From Glutamicibacter sp. (GTDB lineage Bacteria > Actinomycetota > Actinomycetes > Actinomycetales > Micrococcaceae): DNA of 64,000 nucleotides. The DNA lies in assembly GCF_032154645.1 (NCBI RefSeq), contig NZ_JALDXV010000015.1, forward strand, positions 5,742-69,741, read 5' to 3'. This document shows, piece after piece, positions 54,052 through 64,000 of the stretch. The position numbers and the translations under genes are program-made. The notes under the pieces were generated by a model. That model saw only the letters and a program-made list of their open reading frames with translations. It searched no databases and had not been told where the DNA came from. How positions within the stretch are numbered: the stretch's first letter is position 1; the number at the start of each line of letters is the position of its first letter.

Positions 54052-56013
54052 TTAGAGCACCTGGTCGGGATCAACGGCGATGTTGACCACTGGTTCTTTG
54101 CCTGCTGACATGCGCGCCCGCTGGGCGCGCAGTGCTTCGGTCACCATCTGGCCATCGGCATAGCTGAAGAACAGAACATAGCGGTGCTCAATCGGTGGGC
54201 CGTCGAGGATGCTCGGCCCGTGGACATGGAGCAAATTGCGGATGCTCGGTTCCAACGTTGCGATCATCCGTTCTGCGCCAAGTCCTGAAATGATGGCTGA
54301 ACGCACCGCCGGCGGCAGGCCGATTTCGCGGCGTTCAATCAATTCGCGTTCGGCAAAACCAGCTGGATCCCAGCGCACTAACGCTGCGCCGGCAACGCTT
54401 GGATTTCCGGTGAGCACTACGACACCATTGTTGGATGCCAAGGACGCTGCATTGAACCAGCGCGACAGGGTTTCTTCCGCATTGCGCAGTGAATCGTGAG
54501 CAAGCATTTTGTCGGCGTCAAGCAGCAGGACAGCGGCATAGCCGCCCTCAACTGTTGGTTCAACACCTGGGGTGGCTACCACGAGGGCAGGTTTGGGCGG
54601 GATCTCATCGATGGGCTTAGCCCCGGTGGATGAGACGACGGGAACGCGGGAGAACGCGAGGCCCAATTCTTCGGCGGTACGCTCTGCACCGATGCTGACC
54701 GCACGGATGCGCGCAGATCCGCAGTTCGCACAGCGGTAGCTGCGGAATTGCTCACCGCACCATTTGCAGGAGACGGCGGCGTGTCCTCCTGCCAAGTGCA
54801 ACGGACCTTGACAGACGCTGCATCGGGCTAGCGTACGGCAGTCTTGGCACGCTAGGGCGGGCATAAACCCGGTACGGGCGACTTGAACTAGAACAGGTCC
54901 GGTTTCCAGCGCCGCGGAGGCCTCCCGCCACGCGAGGGATGGAATTCGGGCGCGAGCCAGGACCGGATCGCGTTCAAGTTCAAAATCATTGGTGGTCGCC
55001 ACCACCCGCGCGGTATGGGAGCGAAGGGCGTCTCTTGGAAGCTTCAACTCCGTCGCCCAACCGGTGGCCACCAGACGCTGAGCTTCCACGGAGCGCGACG
55101 GCGCGGCCAAGAGCACCGAAATGTTCTCATGGGCGCTGCGCAACAACGCAACCTCCCGGCTGTGCTGGTAGGGTGCCCGCTGCTCGCGGTGCGACTGGTC
55201 GGCATCCTGCCAAACAATAATCAGTTCCAAACCGGGCACGTGGCATAGGGCAGCCGATCTTGTGCCGACAACTACCTGCACATGCCCGCCGATGGCTTGA
55301 AGAAAATTGCGGTAGCGCGGAGTCGGCCCGTCGTCGGCATGTAGCCGTGCATAGCTTTGCGCACCGAAGGCAAGGTCCAGGTGTGCGCACAGCCGGTTTA
55401 GGTCGCGCGCATCGGGCACAATCATCAACACCCTGCCGCCGCGTTCAAGGACCGGGCGGGCCGCGTCGGAAAGGAATCCGGGCCATGATTCATAGAAGTT
55501 TGGAACCCAGGTGGCCACGGTGCGATGAACCTCGCCGTCGGCCCAATCTTGCAGGACCTGAGCCCCCTGCTCATAGTGTTCCAGCTGGTTGGGGGCGCTG
55601 GGAAGGATCGGAAGAATTGTTGCCAGCTCTTCCTTTTCCACCTTTGCGGCACGTGTTGGAACCGCCAGGCGCACCACGTCCCACACCGTCCCGGCATAGC
55701 GGGAGGCGACAAGTTCAGCGGCCCGGAACACCTGCGGGTGGAGTACGACCTTGTTGCTGACCAGTTTGCTCAACGGGCGCAGCTTCATCGTCGGGGTGTA
55801 GTCGTCGTGCAGCTCGATGACGAATCCGGCCAGCTGTTGGGCGCCAAAGGGCACCTTCACACGGACACCGACGGCCACGTCGTCCATCATCGAGGCGGGC
55901 ACCTCGTAATCGAACAACCGATCCAGGTGTGGAACGGAAGAATCAATCAGCACCCGAGCAACCCGCTTGAGACGGGCGGGCTCGGGTGCTGATATCAGGG
56001 CATCTTGCTGCAC
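54052..56013 (-). CDS. priA: Primosomal protein N' (PriA) homologue with degenerate helicase motifs
   Basis: N-terminal 3'-DNA-binding domain (RVKVPFGAQQLAGFV) and a Cys-rich zinc region (CQDCR..CSVCQG...CKWCG...CANCGS). GTG start after SD gggagc. No GxGKT or DEEH motif is visible. Confidence 0.85.
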   Translation of the reverse strand: MQQDALISAPEPARLKRVARVLIDSSVPHLDRLFDYEVPASMMDDVAVGVRVKVPFGAQQLAGFVIELHDDYTPTMKLRPLSKLVSNKVVLHPQVFRAAELVASRYAGTVWDVVRLAVPTRAAKVEKEELATILPILPSAPNQLEHYEQGAQVLQDWADGEVHRTVATWVPNFYESWPGFLSDAARPVLERGGRVLMIVPDARDLNRLCAHLDLAFGAQSYARLHADDGPTPRYRNFLQAIGGHVQVVVGTRSAALCHVPGLELIIVWQDADQSHREQRAPYQHSREVALLRSAHENISVLLAAPSRSVEAQRLVATGWATELKLPRDALRSHTARVVATTNDFELERDPVLARARIPSLAWREASAALETGPVLVQVARTGFMPALACQDCRTLARCSVCQGPLHLAGGHAAVSCKWCGEQFRSYRCANCGSARIRAVSIGAERTAEELGLAFSRVPVVSSTGAKPIDEIPPKPALVVATPGVEPTVEGGYAAVLLLDADKMLAHDSLRNAEETLSRWFNAASLASNNGVVVLTGNPSVAGAALVRWDPAGFAERELIERREIGLPPAVRSAIISGLGAERMIATLEPSIRNLLHVHGPSILDGPPIEHRYVLFFSYADGQMVTEALRAQRARMSAGKEPVVNIAVDPDQVL

Positions 56014-56027
56014 GCTCAGGTGCTCCC

Positions 56028-57233
56028 CTAGGCGTTGAACCAGTTGCGCAGGGCGTCCACGCGGTCCAGCTTCTCCCAGGTGAAATCGTTGTCGTCGCGG
56101 CCGAAGTGACCATGTGCCGCCGTTTTGCGGTAGATTGGGCGCTTGAGATCAAGGTCCTCGATAATGCCCAGCGGACGCAGGTCGAATACCTCGTTGATGG
56201 CTGCGGTGATCTTGGCCGGATCCACGGTCTCGGTGCCGAAGGTCTCTACGTAGAGGCCAACCGGGCGGGCGACACCGATCGCGTAGGCAACCTGAACTTC
56301 GGCACGGCTTGCTAGTCCAGCTGCCACGACGTTCTTGGCCACCCAGCGCATGGCATAGGCTGCGGAGCGGTCAACCTTCGATGGATCCTTGCCGGAGAAG
56401 GCGCCGCCACCGTGGCGGGCAAATCCACCATAGGTGTCCACGATGATCTTTCGTCCAGTCAGACCCGCGTCGCCCACGGGTCCGCCGATGATGAATGGAC
56501 CCGAAGGATTCAAGATGACCTTGGCCTTCGACGTGTCCAGTTCCGAACGCTCGAGGATTGGGGTGACGACCTCTTCGAGGAGGTCCGCCTTCAGCGTCGC
56601 CAGCTCATACTCGGCAGCGTGCTGGCTGGAGACGACGACGGTATCGACGGAAACAGGCTTGTCGCCGTCGTAGCCGATGGTGACCTGAGTTTTGCCGTCA
56701 GGGCGCAGCAGCGGCATACGGCCGTTCTTGCGCATCTGGGTCAGGCGCTCGGAGAGGCGGTGTGCCAGGAAGATCGGGGTTGGCATCAGCGACGCGGTCT
56801 CGTTCGAGGCGTAGCCGAACATCAGACCCTGATCGCCGGCGCCCTGATGATCACGCGGATCCTTGGCAATGCCCTCACGGGACTCCAGGGAGTTGAATAC
56901 GCCGTCGTGGATTTCCTGAGACTGCTGGCCGATGGATACCGACACGCCGCAGCGTGCGCCGTCGAAGCCGTTGGCCGAGGAATCGTAGCCGATGTCCAAA
57001 ATGGTGCGTCGTACGATTTCGGGGATCTCCACGTAGCCGTTCGTGGTTACCTCGCCGGCAACATGGACCAGACCGGTGGTGGTCAGAGTTTCGACGGCGA
57101 CCTTGGAGTCGGGATCCTGCTCCAGCATGGCGTCGAGGATGGCGTCCGAAATCTGGTCGCAAATCTTGTCCGGGTGTCCCTCGGTAACCGATTCCGAGGT
57201 GAAAAGACGTAGTTCAGGGGTTGTTGAAGTCAC
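56028..57233 (-). CDS. metK: Methionine adenosyltransferase
   Basis: [18 protein letters not shown] and GGGAFSGKD motifs. Confidence 0.97.
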   Translation of the reverse strand: MTSTTPELRLFTSESVTEGHPDKICDQISDAILDAMLEQDPDSKVAVETLTTTGLVHVAGEVTTNGYVEIPEIVRRTILDIGYDSSANGFDGARCGVSVSIGQQSQEIHDGVFNSLESREGIAKDPRDHQGAGDQGLMFGYASNETASLMPTPIFLAHRLSERLTQMRKNGRMPLLRPDGKTQVTIGYDGDKPVSVDTVVVSSQHAAEYELATLKADLLEEVVTPILERSELDTSKAKVILNPSGPFIIGGPVGDAGLTGRKIIVDTYGGFARHGGGAFSGKDPSKVDRSAAYAMRWVAKNVVAAGLASRAEVQVAYAIGVARPVGLYVETFGTETVDPAKITAAINEVFDLRPLGIIEDLDLKRPIYRKTAAHGHFGRDDNDFTWEKLDRVDALRNWFNA

Positions 57234-57313
57234 CTTAGTACTCTATCTGGTCGCAACGACCGTTTGGCAGTTCTTGAGTCAGTTCGTGACCTGCACCTTT
57301 ATGGCGCAGCTCA

Positions 57314-58537
57314 CTATGCGTCGGTTGTGTGTCCGTTTATTTCGGCCGCAAGTTCATGGATGACGATGCGCGCTACGTCAAGTTTACTTCCCGACGCAGC
57401 GACGCTTTGCCGTCCATCGGCGAACAGCACCTGGATCGTGTTGGTGTCTTGTCCAAACGTCAGCGAAGCTCCGACCTCGTTCACCACCAGCATTTCGCAG
57501 CCCTTGCGGGCGAGCTTGGCCTGGCCGTAGTCAAGGACGCTGCTCTGCTCATCCCCCGTCTCCGCGGCGAAGCCGACTATGACGCCGGGCAGCCGTTGCT
57601 CGCTGCTGCGGGCCGCCACCAACTCAGCGAGGATATCGGGATTGCGCACCAGTTCAATCACGGGTGCAGAATGTTCGTCGCGCTTCTTGATCTTTGAGTT
57701 CTCGACGGTGGATGGTCTGAAATCTGCAACAGCAGCGTTCATGATCAAGGCATCCTGTCCGGGCGCATGCTCGAAGACCGCTGCGCGCAGCTCCAGGGCG
57801 CTGGAGGCGTGAACGACCTTGACCCCATGCGGGGCGGCGACCTCGAGGTGGGTTGCAATGAGCGTGACCTCGGCTCCGGCGTCGCGAGCAGCTTGGGCCA
57901 GTGCTACACCCTGTCGTCCCGATGATCGGTTCCCGAGGAACCTCACCGGATCCAATGGTTCGCGAGTTCCCCCCGCGGTGATCAGGATTTTTCGGTCTTG
58001 CAACAGTGGGGCAGATAGCAGGTCCTGGATCGAGGCGAAGATTTCCTCCGGTTCTGGCAGCCTGCCAGGCCCGGAGTCTTTCCCGGTCAGCCGCCCGGAC
58101 GCTGGTTCGATGACTCGCACTCCCCTGGCCCGCAGGGTTTCAACATTTGACACGGTAGCCGGGTGCTGCCACATTTCGGTATGCATCGCCGGTGCCATGA
58201 CTACCGGTGCGCGGGTGGCCAGCAGGGTTCCGGTGAGTAGATCGTTGGCCAACCCGGCGGCGGCACGGGCCAAAACGTCGGCGGTGGCCGGCACGACGAG
58301 TACTAGATCTGCAAGCTGCCCGAGCCGTACATGGTTTACGGTGTCCACCGCGTCGAAAACATTGGAAGTCACCGGGTTGCCGGATAGGGCCTCCCAGGTG
58401 GCGTTGCCTACAAAATTCTCGACGTTCTGCGTGGGGATGACGTCGACGTGGTGGCCTGCTTCACGCAGCAGACGTAGTAGAAGTACGGATTTGTAGGCGG
58501 CGATCCCTGCTGAGACGCCCAAGACAATTCGCTTCAC
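57314..58537 (-). CDS. coaBC: Bifunctional phosphopantothenoylcysteine decarboxylase / phosphopantothenate-cysteine ligase
   Basis: N-terminal flavoprotein domain (IVLGVSAGIAAYK) and a C-terminal CoaB domain (ITAGGTREPLDPVRFLGNRSSG). GTG 58537 lies 7 nt after SD aaggaa; the longest ORF starts at 58582. Confidence 0.93.
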   Translation of the reverse strand: MKRIVLGVSAGIAAYKSVLLLRLLREAGHHVDVIPTQNVENFVGNATWEALSGNPVTSNVFDAVDTVNHVRLGQLADLVLVVPATADVLARAAAGLANDLLTGTLLATRAPVVMAPAMHTEMWQHPATVSNVETLRARGVRVIEPASGRLTGKDSGPGRLPEPEEIFASIQDLLSAPLLQDRKILITAGGTREPLDPVRFLGNRSSGRQGVALAQAARDAGAEVTLIATHLEVAAPHGVKVVHASSALELRAAVFEHAPGQDALIMNAAVADFRPSTVENSKIKKRDEHSAPVIELVRNPDILAELVAARSSEQRLPGVIVGFAAETGDEQSSVLDYGQAKLARKGCEMLVVNEVGASLTFGQDTNTIQVLFADGRQSVAASGSKLDVARIVIHELAAEINGHTTDA

Positions 58538-58672
58538 GCGGCGGTTCCTTTGGTGTGCCTGATCCGTCAGGGTGATCTTCACCGCATTGACGGGGTCGGA
58601 GCTCTAAGAGAGGTGGGTATTGGTGCTTAAAGAAAAAGAAGGCGCCCGCATTCGGGGCGCCGTCTTCTTCAA

Positions 58673-58933
58673 TTAGTCCTCGGTGACCTCTGCTGGGGTG
58701 ACCTTCAGCAGGCCTTCATCCAGTTCGCGCAGGGCGATGGTCAGCGGCTTCTCGTTCAGCTTGGTTTCCACCAGTGGGCCTACGTACTCGAACAGGCCTT
58801 CGTTCAGCTGTGCGTAGTAGGCGTTGATCTGACGGGCACGCTTGGCCGAATTCAGTACGATCGCGTACTTCGAGTCGTTCGTCTCAAGCAACGAGTCGAT
58901 CGATGGATTGATGATTCCCTCTAGGTTGGACAC
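58673..58933 (-). CDS. rpoZ: DNA-directed RNA polymerase subunit omega
   Basis: [39 protein letters not shown] 58933 follows SD aaagggag. An alternative ATG at 58951 would overlap the gmk 3' end by 8 nt. Confidence 0.88.
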   Translation of the reverse strand: MSNLEGIINPSIDSLLETNDSKYAIVLNSAKRARQINAYYAQLNEGLFEYVGPLVETKLNEKPLTIALRELDEGLLKVTPAEVTED

Positions 58934-58943
58934 AAGACTCCCT

Positions 58944-59507
58944 TTAGTCATTTTTCAGCCCCATGAGGGCCACAAGCTCTTCGGCGGCACGTGCCACATC
59001 GTCGTTGACGATGGTCACGTCGAATTCTGATTCCGCCGCAAGTTCTAGTTTAGCGGTTTCCAGACGACGCTGCTGTTCCTCCGGTGTTTCGGTGCCGCGG
59101 CCGATCAGTCGGCGTACCAATTCATCCCATGACGGTGGTGCCAAAAAGACGAACTTGGCCTCGGGCATCGACTCCTTAACCTGACGTGCACCCTGCAAGT
59201 CGATCTCCAGAAGAACCTTTTTGCCGTTGGCTACTGCGTCCTCAACGGTCGATCGAATCGTCCCATAGCTGTTCTGGCCGTGGACAACTGCCCATTCGAG
59301 CATTTGTCCTCCCTCGACCAGTTGATGGAACTTTTCAGGGCCCACGAAGAAATAGTGGACGCCATCTTGTTCACCGGGCCGAGGGTCTCGGGTAGTGGCG
59401 GACACGGAAAGCCAAACATCTGGATAATTATCACGAATGTAGGTGGATACAGTGCCTTTACCTACAGCCGTGGGGCCGGCTAGAACAGTTACCGACGCAA
59501 CGGTCAT
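58944..59507 (-). CDS. gmk: Guanylate kinase
   Basis: P-loop GPTAVGKGT. 187 aa, in the conserved mihF-gmk-rpoZ order. Confidence 0.95.
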   Translation of the reverse strand: MTVASVTVLAGPTAVGKGTVSTYIRDNYPDVWLSVSATTRDPRPGEQDGVHYFFVGPEKFHQLVEGGQMLEWAVVHGQNSYGTIRSTVEDAVANGKKVLLEIDLQGARQVKESMPEAKFVFLAPPSWDELVRRLIGRGTETPEEQQRRLETAKLELAAESEFDVTIVNDDVARAAEELVALMGLKND

Positions 59508-59510
59508 TGA

Positions 59511-59846
59511 CTACACTTTCGTTTTTGGCGGGCTTTGCTTGAAGTGTTCGGTGATTGCTGTACGTTGTTTGCGCCCCAAGCCGCGCAGGCGGCGGGAGGG
59601 GGAAATACCAAGGCGTTCAAGCAGGTTTGCCGCGCGTACTTCACCGACGCCCGGCACCGACTCCAGAAGGTCCATGACACGCATGCGTCCCACGGCTTCA
59701 TCTTCGTATACCAAGTCTAGTACTTCGGTGATAGTGATTTTGCCGGCACTGAACTGGGCCTTGATTTCAGCACGACGGGTGCGGGCGGCAAGTGCCTTGG
59801 CGCGTGCCCGGATGCGGTCTTCGTCAGAGAGTTCTCGCAGAACCAT
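59511..59846 (-). CDS. mihF: Actinobacterial integration host factor
   Basis: 111 aa. RMRVMDLLESVPGVGEVRAANLLERLGISPSRRLRGLG is typical of mIHF. Confidence 0.92.
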   Translation of the reverse strand: MVLRELSDEDRIRARAKALAARTRRAEIKAQFSAGKITITEVLDLVYEDEAVGRMRVMDLLESVPGVGEVRAANLLERLGISPSRRLRGLGRKQRTAITEHFKQSPPKTKV

Positions 59847-59923
59847 CGTTCAGCCATCCTTAATGTGTAGTGGACTAAGGCTATGAACAGAACATAGCCA
59901 TGTAACGCGCGTTTGGCAAGACT

Positions 59924-59968
59924 AATCGCGTTGTGGCTACTAGAAACTCTAATAGCCACAACGCGATT
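59924..59968 (-). terminator. Stem-loop between pyrF and mihF
   Basis: aatcgcgttgtggcta / tagccacaacgcgatt, a perfect 16-bp stem with a 13-nt loop, 22 nt past the pyrF stop. There is no U-tract. Confidence 0.7.
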
Positions 59969-59989
59969 CTGTCACTAATTCACTTGGTA

Positions 59990-60824
59990 CTACTTGGCTG
60001 CGAGCAATTCATCGCGAACGTTCAGGGCTTTATCACGCAAAGCCTGTACGTTGGGTCCGGCCCGCAAGATGTCGCGGCTGCTGGTGCCGAGAACTTGTCC
60101 ATAGCTGGAGGCGAAGGACGCGGCGATGTCCTGTGCTGTGGCACCCTGCGCCCCAAGACCTGGGGTAAGCAGTGGCGCCTTGGACGCAGTCAGGTCAATC
60201 CCGAGTTTCGCGGGCGCGTCACCGATGGTCGCACCGACTACCAAACCAACGTGACCCAAATCGTCGGCAGCTGAATTATCCGCTGTGACCTGGTCAATGA
60301 TTGATTTAGCAACTGAGTTACTACCGCCGACGTGCTGCACCGACGGACCCTCAGGGTTGGAAGTGAGGCCCAAGACGAACACTCCCCTGCCGGTGGCTGC
60401 GGCCAGGTCGATGGCCGGGCGCAACGATTCGTAGCCCAGGTACGGGCTCAGGGTTACCGCGTCGGAGGCAAGTGGCGATGAATCATCGAGCCATGCGGTG
60501 GCGTAGGCTGCCATCGTCGAGCCGATATCCCCGCGCTTTGCATCGGCCAAGGTCAACAAGCCGGCGGACTTGGCGGCCGCCAAGGTTTCCTCCAGCGCGG
60601 CGAACCCGGCTGATCCAAAACGTTCGTAGAGAGCCACCTGCGGCTTGAGGATGGCTGCAACGCCGGTCATCGCTTCAACAACGGCCAGTGAGAAAGATCG
60701 CACTCCGGCTGCGTTGTTTTCCAGGCCCCAAGCCTCCAACAGTCCGGGATGCGGGTCGATGCCTACGCACAGCGGTCCGGAGGCGTCCATCGCCGCACGC
60801 AGCCGGGTGCCGAAATCAATTGGC

Positions 60825-60832
<8 letters not shown>
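59990..60832 (-). CDS. pyrF: Orotidine-5'-phosphate decarboxylase (type 2)
   Basis: LCVGIDPHP and [10 protein letters not shown] motifs. The ATG overlaps the carB stop by 8 nt. Confidence 0.94.

Positions 60833-64000
<3,168 letters not shown>

Overview
This 64-kb window is a chromosomal segment from a high-GC Gram-positive bacterium. Gene content and order suggest Actinomycetota, Micrococcales-like, but that is inference only.

It is almost entirely conserved housekeeping DNA:
- trpD
- Respiratory genes ctaE-qcrCAB (+) and ctaC-ctaD-ctaF (-)
- An Fe-S carrier, an M20 peptidase and pyrD
- recO-uppS and leuA
- The translationally coupled phoH-ybeY-CBS/CorC-era operon
- hrcA-dnaJ-rsmE with a CIRCE operator
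- hemW, lepA and rpsT
- degV-comEA-comEC-holA and leuS
- glpD-glpF-glpK with a divergent SorC regulator
- The minus-strand run carB-pyrF / mihF-gmk-rpoZ / coaBC / metK-priA

I recognised no rRNA, tRNA, CRISPR array, transposase, integrase or phage gene.

I do not see a clear-cut novel multi-gene system. The best candidates for follow-up are:
- A two-gene SatD-like (cyclase-palm-like plus HTH) / membrane-protein cassette with a palindrome over its probable leaderless promoter (2931-4123)
- An antitoxin-less PemK/MazF-fold gene between lepA and rpsT (36743-37261)
- An orphan GntR regulator beside a ~650-bp ORF-free tract that splits the respiratory gene neighbourhood (10311-11741)
- Two AT-rich, ORF-poor spacers (575-1480 and 17713-18060)
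- A PriA homologue with no visible Walker A or DExH motifs
- Marked GC heterogeneity among core genes

All functional calls come from reading the translated ORFs by eye. No database search was run. Several start codons were moved from the longest-ORF start on the basis of SD sequences, overlaps with neighbours and known N-termini.
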